A stretch of DNA of 64,000 bases, taken from assembly GCA_965222115.1 (NCBI GenBank), contig CBDCTJ010000003.1:416001-480000 (forward strand), in the 5' to 3' direction. This stretch comes from Planctomycetota bacterium. GTDB lineage: Bacteria > Planctomycetota > PLA2 > JAEUHO01. Under the pieces are notes generated by a model. That model worked only from the letters and a program-made list of their open reading frames with translations, was not told where the DNA came from and did not search any database. The first letter of the stretch is position 1. Each line of letters begins with the position of its first letter. A program made the translations under genes and the position numbers. Shown piece by piece: positions 48,363-59,871 of this stretch.

Positions 48363-49876
48363 GTCAGCTCCTTCTTCGCCCATGGGCCAAACCGGAACCA
48401 TAGCACATACACAACCGCCACGGCTAGGTGGATCGCAACCGCTGAAAGCCACACACCGCGAAAGCCCCACACGTCGGCGCGCTCGGCCACGTATTGCGTA
48501 AGCGGATAGCCCACGGCGCCATAGGCCACAATCTCGACAAGCAGCGGAAACTTGGTAGCACCTGCGCCGGCCAATGCCTGGGAGATGACCACCGCCACCG
48601 CCAAGAACACAAAACCGCTCGATGTCACATAGAGATAGGTCCGTCCAATGTCTTTCACGCGATCGGAGTTGGTGTCTGCGCTCACATCAAAGCCCATCAC
48701 GCCGAGCAATTGATCGGCAAAGAGCACATACGTCGCCGCGAATAGCAACATCATTGCAATGTTGAGCCCAAGCGCGATCCATGACGCCCGAATCGCCCGA
48801 TCGGGCCTGCCACGCCCGAGATGTTGACCCACAAGCGTCGCTGCAGCAGCGCCCCATCCGAATCCACTAAACAGCGCCAAACTGTCGAGTCGCAGGCCAA
48901 CCCCAAACGCGGCCTGCGCATCGGTTACAAGGTCTCGCTGATACCCCGCAATAGCCGCGACTGCCATCTCGGTCTTCTCAGCGGTTGCCATTGCGATTTT
49001 CTTCGCGGCGACATCCACAAACTTGAGCGTGTAGAGATAGGCGGTCATGCGCACGAGCCATTGCCCGCACGACGGAATGCCGATGCGCAACGTCTGCCAC
49101 AGGATCTTCCAGTGCACGAGCCAGCGACGAATGCGAATGCCTTTGAAGCCGCGATAGAGCAGCCACAGGCCGGCCACACAGAAGATGGCGCGCGCCACAA
49201 TCGTTGCCCACGCCGCCCCCGCAACGCCCATTGGCGGGAGGCCGAAACCGCCAAAGATGAACCAAATGTCGAGGATCACATTGAGCAAGTTGGCGCCGCC
49301 CAGCAAAATCAGCGGAACGAGGCTGTTGCCCACCGCACGCAACGCGCCGGTCACTTGCAGCAGCAGGAACATGGTGATGGTGCCCGCGCTCATAATGGCG
49401 AGGTAGTCGGTGGCAGGCCCTACCACAGGTCCCTTGGCACCCAGCGCGATACAGATGTCTTCAGCAAAGAGCCACGGCGGAATGCCGAATAGCAAACTCA
49501 TAGCAATGGTAAGGATTAGCCCTTGCCCCACCGCCACGTTGGCTCGTCCATAGCGGCCCAAACCATGAAAGCGCGCCACGAGCGCGATCATCGCGTTCAC
49601 AATCCCATTGAAGATAATGATGGGAATGGAGTTGACGAGTGAGCCAATGGTCACGGCGGCAACGGCAATCTGTGTCTCGGGCATGCGCGCCACGATGTAG
49701 AGATCGACGAGGTTGAAGACCGAACCCAACGCCATGGCGACGACGAGCGGCGTACCAAACGAGAGCGTTGCCTTGAGCAACGGGACGTCGGTGAGAGACG
49801 TGGCGGGTTGCTTGGGCCTGCTCGGCCGTTCGGGCTGCCCGGTGGAGGACGCGGCTGTTGCGTTCGCGTCGCTCAC
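48359..49876 (-). CDS. MATE family efflux transporter
   Basis: About 12 TM helices; FNLVDLYIVA, LRAVGNS..P, NVILD..FIFG..G.P.MGVAGAAWAT motifs. Confidence 0.93.
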   Translation of the reverse strand: MSDANATAASSTGQPERPSRPKQPATSLTDVPLLKATLSFGTPLVVAMALGSVFNLVDLYIVARMPETQIAVAAVTIGSLVNSIPIIIFNGIVNAMIALVARFHGLGRYGRANVAVGQGLILTIAMSLLFGIPPWLFAEDICIALGAKGPVVGPATDYLAIMSAGTITMFLLLQVTGALRAVGNSLVPLILLGGANLLNVILDIWFIFGGFGLPPMGVAGAAWATIVARAIFCVAGLWLLYRGFKGIRIRRWLVHWKILWQTLRIGIPSCGQWLVRMTAYLYTLKFVDVAAKKIAMATAEKTEMAVAAIAGYQRDLVTDAQAAFGVGLRLDSLALFSGFGWGAAAATLVGQHLGRGRPDRAIRASWIALGLNIAMMLLFAATYVLFADQLLGVMGFDVSADTNSDRVKDIGRTYLYVTSSGFVFLAVAVVISQALAGAGATKFPLLVEIVAYGAVGYPLTQYVAERADVWGFRGVWLSAVAIHLAVAVVYVLWFRFGPWAKKELT

Positions 49877-49999
49877 GTTGGGTGCTCCAGCGGTTCGGCG
49901 GTCTCAAGCACGACGCCGACACGCACACATGTCAAGACGTCGCGAATATCCTACGGCGCGCCCCGCAAGTTCGCGGAAATGCTTACGACCTCAGTCGCA

Positions 50000-51106
50000 T
50001 TAGACGAGCGACAAAGCGTCCACGCAGTCGAGTCCGAATGCCTGTGCCACACCTTCATGCGTGACTTTACCCTTCCACACATTGAGAGCGCCACGCAAGT
50101 ACTCGTTCTTGAGGGCATTTGCGGGACCGACGCGCGCAAGTTTGCGCACCCACGGCAGCGTGGCATTGGTGAGCGCGTAGGCCGACGTTCGCGCCACAGC
50201 GCCGGGCATGTTCGCCACGCCGTAGTGAACGATGCCATCGACGATGTAGGTTGGATCCTGGTGGGTCGTGGCCTTGATGGTTTCCACGCAGCCGCCCTGA
50301 TCGATCGCCACATCGACGATGACTGCGCCGGGCCGCATTTCTTTCAGGTAACTGCGCGGCACAAGCGTGGGCGCGCGCGCACCTTCAAGCAACACCGCGC
50401 CGATCACCACATCGCAGTGACGAATGCGCTGGCGAATCGCCTGCGGACTCGAAAAGATCGTCGTCACATTGGCGGGCATCACGTCATCGAGATAACGAAG
50501 GCGTTTCAAGTCAATGTCGAGAATGGTGACATTGGCCCCCATGCCCGCCGCCATTTTGGCCGCGTTTGTACCCACCGCACCGCCACCAATAATCATGACG
50601 TCCGCGGGATCGACCCCCGGCACCCCACCCATCAGGACACCACGTCCGCCGTTCTTCTTTTCTAGCGCCCACGCTGCGGCTTGAATCGCAAGTCGCCCCG
50701 CGACTTCTGACATGGGATCGAGCAAAGGCAGCTCGCCGTCCACTTCGAGCGTTTCGTAGGTAAAGCACGCAGAGCCAGCCTTCAACATGGCGTCGGTCAA
50801 CTGTTTCGACGCCGCGAAATGAAAATAGGTAAAGAGCGTGAGATCAGGCCGACAGAGCGGATACTCGTCGGGAAGCGGCTCCTTTACCTTCACGATCATT
50901 TCGGCCGTGTCCCACACTTCCTTTGCGGTGTCGAGCATCTTCGCGCCAGCGCGAACATACTCGGCATCGTCGATGCCACTGCCGATTCCTGCCGACTTTT
51001 GTACGAAGACATCGTGCCCATCGGCAACGAGTTGCTCCACGCCCGCTGTCACGACCGCCACGCGGTTCTCTTGCGCCTTGATCTCTTTCGGTACGCCGAT
51101 CTTCAT
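50000..51106 (-). CDS. ald: Alanine dehydrogenase
   Basis: MKIGVPKEIK.QENRV, PMSEVAGR, IGGGAVG, DVAIDQGGC and HYGVANMPGAV motifs. Confidence 0.96.
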   Translation of the reverse strand: MKIGVPKEIKAQENRVAVVTAGVEQLVADGHDVFVQKSAGIGSGIDDAEYVRAGAKMLDTAKEVWDTAEMIVKVKEPLPDEYPLCRPDLTLFTYFHFAASKQLTDAMLKAGSACFTYETLEVDGELPLLDPMSEVAGRLAIQAAAWALEKKNGGRGVLMGGVPGVDPADVMIIGGGAVGTNAAKMAAGMGANVTILDIDLKRLRYLDDVMPANVTTIFSSPQAIRQRIRHCDVVIGAVLLEGARAPTLVPRSYLKEMRPGAVIVDVAIDQGGCVETIKATTHQDPTYIVDGIVHYGVANMPGAVARTSAYALTNATLPWVRKLARVGPANALKNEYLRGALNVWKGKVTHEGVAQAFGLDCVDALSLV

Positions 51107-51428
51107 CGCCAACGCTCCCTGCGCCTACCGCGCCGTCGCCAAAGGTGCGCGAAGTATAGGCAAGGGCGCTACGCGAGAAGCAGAGAAGATGGGGCGCGGA
51201 CCCCGTGAATAGCCGACTGCGACCAGGCGAAGTTGCCCGGGGGGCTCTTTCGTCCCGGCGGCGCACTCACCGAGAAATCAGGGCCGGCTCGAGTGCCCGT
51301 CAGAACGCATCGCAAGCTAGAGCGATGTCCCTAGATCCCGGAGGACCATGGGATCCCGGTTAGTTCACCTCGCTACACGGAGGCGCACATGAACGTTGAT
51401 CGAATGGGTTGATCGAATCGCTGGTGCG

Positions 51429-52214
51429 CTATCGCCCGCGACGACCATTATTCCGGCGGCCGGAGGTGCGCATGCCGCCGCCAAACATACGACCGACATT
51501 GCTGTTGGAGATCTTTTCGGCGTCGGCGGTGGAGACGAGTTCCGCAACCTTGTCGTCGAACTCTTTCTTGACGGATTGCAACATTTCGCGCCGCTTTTCT
51601 CGCGTCTCATCGTTGCGCATCATGCCCATCGTCTCGCGCATGACGTCGCGCGCTTTGGATTGGTACTCGAGGGCGAGGTCGATGACGGCTTCTTCTTGCT
51701 CGGCCGAGAGGTTGACATCCTGCGCCTTGAGCATGCGCGCATACCCTTCGCGCCGACGCCTTTCGCGTTGACGACGCTGCGCTTCCTCCATATAGGCCGT
51801 AAAACGCTCAATCGAACTGTCGTCAAACACAGGCTCATCGGTCGTGCCTGCGGGCGCAGCCAATCCGATTTCACCACCCGCCGGCACATCCGAGGATGCA
51901 TTCGATCCAGTACTTCCGGAATCTTCAGTCCGCATGCGCGTGAGTAACGCAATCTGACGCTTCAATTCTTCGAGCTGCATCGAGTGCTTGGCGATCATGG
52001 CTTCGGTGCGATTGCCTTCAAGCCCGGTTCCGTCGGGCGCCGCGTGCAGCGTTTCATTGGTTTCGTCACCTGAATCTTTGTCTTCGATGTGATCGGTAAC
52101 GGCATCTTCGTGATGATGTGCGGGCGGGGGCTCGGACGATTTCACGGCGTCATAAACAACAATCCCGCCACCCACGAGTGCGAGCTGCAACAGAATCTGA
52201 AGTGGAATGCTCAT
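51429..52214 (-). CDS. Hypothetical membrane-anchored helical/coiled-coil protein
   Basis: N-terminal hydrophobic helix, charged helical C-terminus, G/R-rich tail; AAGGTG SD-like site. Confidence 0.65.
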   Translation of the reverse strand: MSIPLQILLQLALVGGGIVVYDAVKSSEPPPAHHHEDAVTDHIEDKDSGDETNETLHAAPDGTGLEGNRTEAMIAKHSMQLEELKRQIALLTRMRTEDSGSTGSNASSDVPAGGEIGLAAPAGTTDEPVFDDSSIERFTAYMEEAQRRQRERRRREGYARMLKAQDVNLSAEQEEAVIDLALEYQSKARDVMRETMGMMRNDETREKRREMLQSVKKEFDDKVAELVSTADAEKISNSNVGRMFGGGMRTSGRRNNGRRGR

Positions 52215-52466
52215 CGAATTCACCTTTCGGGACCTGGCCTGTCATGCGCGGGCGTCCGTACTGGGACAGCCCACACGCGTCCAGTTAGACGACGATCTTA
52301 ACCGCCTATTGTCCCCCTGAACCCCGCGCCGCGCCCTAAGTTTCGCCAAAATGCTCCTCAAACACCCCACACACCCCCATAAATCTGGGCCCGAGGCCCC
52401 ATCCGTCCGCGACCAATCGCCCTCAGCGAAACCCGCAAATTAGTGCCGGGTGATCTTTTGCGGGGT

Positions 52467-53975
52467 TCAGCGGACCTTCCGGCTCGACGAGGCGTGCTCA
52501 AGGCGCACGATGAGGTTCTCTTCTCCGCGCTCGAACGAGTTGAACTGCACGGCCTCAAAGTCTTTGGCGGACACGCGAATCGCAACCTCGTCAAGCTCGC
52601 CTGCATAGCGCAATTCGAAGCACCCGAATTCGTCGGTGCGAAGCCCCACCCCATGCAGCGGCCACCACTTGTTGTTGCGATCGCCTGATCGTCGCGCGAG
52701 ACCCATGACCCATGCGCCGCAGAGCGGCTGACCCTCATCATCTTCCACAACGCCCGAAGCGAACATCGGCAAGGGATGCAGCTCCTGATCACCGAGGTTG
52801 CGGATTCCCGATTGCAGCTCTTTAGGCAACTCGATGCGCGTAAAGCCGCTACCTTTGCGTCCCCTGGCATCGCCTGTCATGAGCAAGGCGTAACGCGCGT
52901 GTTCAACAAGTTTGGTGGTTCCGTACGTAAAGTCGATTCGACCTTCCTCATCGGTGGACAAAATGACACGGTCCTTGGGTTCACGTAGCCGCTCGGTTGA
53001 TTCGGTGGGCATGCCACCATGTTGCCACACGGCAAATATCAGGCGTGCTCGTTTGAGTGGATCGCCATCGGGACCTACTACACGCCCAACAAATCGAGGT
53101 CTCTCCGGCCCAAGCGTGACGGTGCACTGCATCGTTTGACCGTCCTCTTTCGGCCCCTCAATATCGATCGCCCCGGGCTCAAGCGTGTCGTCAATCACGT
53201 AGGCCTCGACGTGAAGCATCGCGCCGAGTGGCAGATTCTCAAACGAAGCCATGCCCGATGCGTCAACATCTTGGGGACTGTTGTCGGGACCCGCCGCACG
53301 TCGCTCCATGCCGTCATCAATCACCCAACTTACGTTTACACGCGATTGAATCTGTGGCGCACTACCAGATTGATCTAACACGTTCACGCGAAGCCGACCG
53401 AAACCGAGAAGTTGAATCGTCTCGCGCTGGCCAGCAACTGGCGTCGACTTCAAGAGCTTTGTAACTCGTCGAGACAAGGAATCTGTTGCCTGTAATTGAT
53501 ACTGAAACTTCACTTCGCCCAAGTCGCGCGACGAGTCGCGCTCACGCATCGCCGCCACGTCGAACAATACGACGCCTCGCGAACTCGTCGTTTCTCTTTG
53601 CACCAGCTCCCACGGCGCCTCCAAACCACCGAGTGAGGGCGATTCAATCAGCTCGCGACGCACAAGCTCCACCATCACGCCCGCCTGCGGATTTCCCGAA
53701 GGAACGATCACGGTCACATGCAGTGCGGACTCACTTCCCTCATCCTCCGCGTTTGTTTCGCCCGCTGGATCTTCCGTATTGCCATTATCGACTTCTATCG
53801 GCTCGGCGCCTCTAGCGTTGGTCGGCGTCGCAACGGGTGAAGACACGACTTCGATATCACTATCAAAATCGTTGCGCGGAAGATCTGATGGGCTGTCCAT
53901 CAATAGAAACGCCAACAACACGCACGCCAGCCCCACGACTCCCAAGAGCAGCAGCCCTCGTCGATCTCGTTGCAT
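52467..53975 (-). CDS. Membrane-anchored protein with carboxypeptidase-regulatory-like (prealbumin-fold) repeats
   Basis: N-terminal TM; GRVVGPDGDPL, TDEEGRI, GVVEDDEGQPL and TDEFGCF motifs. Confidence 0.72.
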   Translation of the reverse strand: MQRDRRGLLLLGVVGLACVLLAFLLMDSPSDLPRNDFDSDIEVVSSPVATPTNARGAEPIEVDNGNTEDPAGETNAEDEGSESALHVTVIVPSGNPQAGVMVELVRRELIESPSLGGLEAPWELVQRETTSSRGVVLFDVAAMRERDSSRDLGEVKFQYQLQATDSLSRRVTKLLKSTPVAGQRETIQLLGFGRLRVNVLDQSGSAPQIQSRVNVSWVIDDGMERRAAGPDNSPQDVDASGMASFENLPLGAMLHVEAYVIDDTLEPGAIDIEGPKEDGQTMQCTVTLGPERPRFVGRVVGPDGDPLKRARLIFAVWQHGGMPTESTERLREPKDRVILSTDEEGRIDFTYGTTKLVEHARYALLMTGDARGRKGSGFTRIELPKELQSGIRNLGDQELHPLPMFASGVVEDDEGQPLCGAWVMGLARRSGDRNNKWWPLHGVGLRTDEFGCFELRYAGELDEVAIRVSAKDFEAVQFNSFERGEENLIVRLEHASSSRKVR

Positions 53976-54059
53976 TGGTAATATTGTATCGCCAGCTTGT
54001 TTTCGTTGGTGGAAATCTGTGCTGGAAGTTCCTGTGTTGCTCGCGAAGACACTAAATCA

Positions 54060-55586
54060 CTACTTCGCACTCTTCTTGAGGTGCACAACCACGCCGGCAT
54101 CGCCGCGCCGGAAATCTTGGAAGCGGAGCGGCTCATATCCCCGAGCGGTGATAAGTATGCTGCCAGTTTCGACTTTGCCGGCGTGCTGAAATCTAAATCT
54201 CCCGTTTCGCTTCGTTCGCCAGTTCAATCCGGGGATCGAATCCCATTTCATCCTTTGCCGGTTCTGCGAACCGCTTTGGATGACTACGGTGGCCCCTCGA
54301 ACTGGTTGTTCTTGGTCGTCCACAACCGTGCCAGCTACTAGTAGCGGTACCGGCTCAAGTGTGACGTTGCCCAAGTCCCATGGTGCGGACGGAAGCTGCC
54401 GAGGAAGTTCGAGTCTTGAGTACAGTATCGTGTGGTCTGTACCCTCTATCGCTTGATCGAGAGTATGGATGCGTTTCACGCGAATTATGGCGCGCTGGTC
54501 TCCAACGGTGGGAATCGTAGATCCAAAGGCAAAATCAAAGCGTCCCTCTTCATCGGTCCTGAAGTGCTGAATACTGCTGAGTCGACCGCGCAGGTCCGGA
54601 CGGCCCGGGAAAAGTTCATCCGGCAGCCAAGCCTGATACGTAAAACGAGATTTAGGGATGCGCACGCCATCAGGGTTCAGCAACGTACCCCGAATGCGTG
54701 GTCGGGACGGTCCTAGCCTCAACGTAACGCTTGTCCGTTCTCCTGAACGAGTTGGTCCCCTCACGATTGTCGATGCCGATCCAACCGAGTCGTCATAGGC
54801 AGACGCCGTCACACGCAGCGAAAGACCCAGTTCCAACGATTTGTAGTCGACGATGCCGTTCTTCACCATTCGCGGGTTGTCCGGATGGCATCGCGGGCGC
54901 ACCACGCCGCTTTCCCACGTATCCCAATTCAAGGCAACACACGTGGGGATACCTGGTGTCGCACCTTCGTTGTCAATCACGTTTACACGGAGTGACCCAA
55001 GTGCCGGCAGCTTGAGCTCAACACGTTGACCGTCTTCAGGCGTACCATCCAGCTCAACGGCAGCTGTCCGGCTCGATGCAACTTCGGCGCGCACGCAATA
55101 CTGAGCTTGCACATTGTTCGACTTTCTAAGCACGCGATAACTCTGCACCTTTGCGATATCGATTGACGCCTGGCCATGTGCGTCGCTCAGCGCGCCGGCA
55201 ACGGCAGTCCACTTTGAACTTACGAGTTCAAACTTCGGCGACCCCGGCTTGCGACGTATCTCAAGAACAACTTGCACTCCTTCGGCTGGCCTTCCCATCG
55301 AGTCTTGAACGGAGACCAGCAGATTCTCGCTTACATCAACGCTCCCTGAGCGAGGTCTCCGCACGTTCCTTCGTGGAGTCGTCGCGCTCGTTCCCTTCTC
55401 TACAGCTCCGTCGCCGCGACCCCGAAGCATCGGCTGGCCATCGCCGGACCGCTCGTACCCCTCACCAACGATCAAACGCTCATCCGCCGGCTCATCCCCC
55501 ATCTCACCCAGCCAGATAATCAAGGCGCCCACCAGGACAACAAGCCCCGCCGTCATGAGCACCGTAGTGGATCGACGTTCCAACAT
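54060..55586 (-). CDS. Paralog of the adjacent carboxypeptidase-regulatory-like repeat protein
   Basis: N-terminal TM; GTLLNPDG, TDEEGRF and GTVVDDQEQPV motifs collinear with 52467-53975. Confidence 0.72.
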   Translation of the reverse strand: MLERRSTTVLMTAGLVVLVGALIIWLGEMGDEPADERLIVGEGYERSGDGQPMLRGRGDGAVEKGTSATTPRRNVRRPRSGSVDVSENLLVSVQDSMGRPAEGVQVVLEIRRKPGSPKFELVSSKWTAVAGALSDAHGQASIDIAKVQSYRVLRKSNNVQAQYCVRAEVASSRTAAVELDGTPEDGQRVELKLPALGSLRVNVIDNEGATPGIPTCVALNWDTWESGVVRPRCHPDNPRMVKNGIVDYKSLELGLSLRVTASAYDDSVGSASTIVRGPTRSGERTSVTLRLGPSRPRIRGTLLNPDGVRIPKSRFTYQAWLPDELFPGRPDLRGRLSSIQHFRTDEEGRFDFAFGSTIPTVGDQRAIIRVKRIHTLDQAIEGTDHTILYSRLELPRQLPSAPWDLGNVTLEPVPLLVAGTVVDDQEQPVRGATVVIQSGSQNRQRMKWDSIPGLNWRTKRNGRFRFQHAGKVETGSILITARGYEPLRFQDFRRGDAGVVVHLKKSAK

Positions 55587-55729
55587 CCGCGCACATTCTA
55601 CGCCCCATAGTTCCGACCATCCACGGCCAGCAATGCCCCTCTCTCACCACCTTTACCCGTCAGATAACCGGACTACCGAATCTCCCCTAGAAACCGGCCC
55701 ACTTCCCCGTATCCTCCTCACCGACCCAA

Positions 55730-55805
55730 GGGCGTTTAGCTCAGTTGGTAGAGCACCAGCTCGACAAGCTGGGGGTCACTGGTTCGAGCCCAGTAACGCC
55801 CACCA
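55730..55805 (+). tRNA. tRNA-Val(GAC)
   Basis: Acceptor stem GGGCGTT/AACGCCC, D-arm AGCTCAGTTGGTAGAGC, anticodon arm CCAGC-TC-GAC-AA-GCTGG, GGTTCGA T-loop, encoded CCA. Confidence 0.97.
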
Positions 55806-55957
55806 ACCTATGTTTATCTAACGCAAGAAACCGTTCCGCTATCGGCTGCCAGTGACCCCCAGCCGGGGGAGTGAGCGAAGCGAACGGCCCGGGGGCAGCG
55901 CCCCCGGTAAAAATAGGCGGGTCCTGACCCCGAAGGGACGAGCGAAGCGAGCCCGCA

Positions 55958-55991
55958 GGGGTCACTGGTTCGAGCCCAGTAACGCCCACCA
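55958..55991 (+). repeat. Copy 2 of the tRNA-Val 3' end (34 nt)
   Basis: GGGGTCACTGGTTCGAGCCCAGTAACGCCCACCA is identical to the tRNA 3' end. Confidence 0.95.
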
Positions 55992-56106
55992 TCTCTTCTT
56001 ATGGTCCACACAGATTCGGGTGTCGCTTGACTGTTCGTTAGCCGCGTGGGGCTCTAACCAGCGACCCCAAGGGTCGTTCTTCCTGGTCAGCCGTTCCGGC
56101 TTCCCT

Positions 56107-56204
56107 TGGTTCGAGCCCAGTAACGCCCACCAACCCATTGTTTACGCAACGCAAGAAACCGTTCCGCTATCGGCTGTCAGTGACCCCCAGCCAGGGGAGT
56201 GAGC
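56107..56204 (+). repeat. Copy 3 of the tRNA-Val 3' end (26 nt) plus ~70 nt of duplicated downstream flank
   Basis: TGGTTCGAGCCCAGTAACGCCCACCA followed by AACGCAAGAAACCGTTCCGCTATCGGCTG..GTGACCCCCAGCC, matching 55806-55876. Confidence 0.93.
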
Positions 56205-56218
56205 AACCTCCCTTAACC

Positions 56219-58573
<2,355 letters not shown>

Positions 58574-58700
58574 GTAGAGCCCTCGTCACGGGTCGAGGCG
58601 TGAGACTACCGTATTTTGAAATTCTCCAGCGAAGAACGATACTTGGAAACACACTGATGGTTCGGAGGTTCTTCTGCATCCGTAAAGATAGGATTCCGAG

Positions 58701-59141
58701 GTGAGTGATTTTGATCGCGTCGCAGAGAGGATTCGTGAACTCGATTCAGGCGACGTTGGTACCGGCGTCTCTGAGGATGCGGTGACCGCCGCGGAGGCTG
58801 CGCTCGCCGTGAAGCTTGTAGGAGGATACAGAGAGTTTCTACTGGTCTTCGGCTTTGGCGGAGTTGAGGATGTTGAGTTGTATGGGCTTGGTGGTCCGGA
58901 CTATCTCGATGTAGTCCAGATTACGAAGAGTGAAAGAGCGATAGCAGAGCCTCAGCTCCCGCACCACCTAGTCCCAATTTGGAATGATGGCGGAGGCAAT
59001 TTGTATTGCCTGAACACGCGGGAAGGCGAGGAACATCCGATCGTGTTTTGGGATCATGAGTTGGGATCTGATCAGGCACCTGACATTGACGCTCCAGATT
59101 TCGCGACTTGGATGATGGAACAGCTAGATGGCCTGGACTGA
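58701..59141 (+). CDS. SMI1/KNR4 (SUKH) family immunity protein
   Basis: AE.AL.V.L..GYREFL..FG.G, DGGGNLYCL and IVFWDHE motifs. Confidence 0.88.
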   Translation: MSDFDRVAERIRELDSGDVGTGVSEDAVTAAEAALAVKLVGGYREFLLVFGFGGVEDVELYGLGGPDYLDVVQITKSERAIAEPQLPHHLVPIWNDGGGNLYCLNTREGEEHPIVFWDHELGSDQAPDIDAPDFATWMMEQLDGLD

Positions 59142-59232
59142 CGTGATGTTGGCGAGTTAAAGAGCACGGTATCTCGTCTCAAGGGAGCCTTCGTCCAATG
59201 TTCTGCGCCGTGTGTGCTGGTATAATCGACAC

Positions 59233-59469
59233 ATGACCAAGTCAGCCTCCGAACTCCTTGAGCACGTCTTGCGACTTCCCGAGGTTGACCGCGTGCGCAT
59301 CGCAACTGAAGTTCTCGCAAGCCTCGATGGCCCACCCGACGCTGGATGGGACGAAGCATGGTTGGCGGAGCTTGACTCGCGGGTGCGTGCTGCGGAAGCT
59401 CGGGGCGAAGTCGCGCCCGAGTGGTCCGAGGTGCGGGCGCGTGTGCTAGCGAAGCTTGGATCAAAGTGA
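59233..59469 (+). CDS. Addiction-module antitoxin (TIGR02574-like)
   Basis: LRLPE.DR.RIA..VL.SLD...DEAW.AE...R pattern; TATAAT -10 box just upstream; overlaps the toxin start. Confidence 0.85.
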   Translation: MTKSASELLEHVLRLPEVDRVRIATEVLASLDGPPDAGWDEAWLAELDSRVRAAEARGEVAPEWSEVRARVLAKLGSK

Positions 59470-59765
59470 CTCGGCGAATTTCGGTTGCGCCCGAGGCAGA
59501 AGAGGAAATCACGGAAGCCGCTCTCTGGTACGAATCGAAGCGATCTGGCTTGGGAATTGAATTCGTTGCAGCGATTGATCGCGCCCTCGAACGAATTGCC
59601 GTGGCACCGAGCTCTTACGCCAAGTGGCGCACGGAGTTTCCGTATCGTCGCGCTGTATTGACACGATTTCCCTTTCAAGTTTTCTATACCGAAATTCCAA
59701 CGCACATACACGTGTGGGCAATCGCACATTCCAAGCGACGACCTGGATACTGGTTACACCGATAG
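59466..59765 (+). CDS. RelE/ParE family toxin
   Basis: AEEEI.EA..WYE....GLG.EF...ID....I, RFPF..FY and AIAHSKRRPGYW motifs. Confidence 0.9.
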   Translation: MTRRISVAPEAEEEITEAALWYESKRSGLGIEFVAAIDRALERIAVAPSSYAKWRTEFPYRRAVLTRFPFQVFYTEIPTHIHVWAIAHSKRRPGYWLHR

Positions 59766-59871
59766 GTGGTAGGCACCAACGCCGTGGTTAGTGTCCGAGC
59801 CGGCGAGACTTAAGTCATGAACTTGGTAGGAGAAAACGCGGCATGGCCTCCACGCACCACAGAGACTCCTG

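Noticed and set aside
51200-51420. SRP, 6S, RNase P or tmRNA gene
   Set aside because: Diagnostic conserved motifs are absent; kept only as a weak structured-region finding
55958-56132. Additional intact tRNA genes
   Set aside because: Only T-arm and acceptor 3' strands are present; no D-arm or anticodon arm
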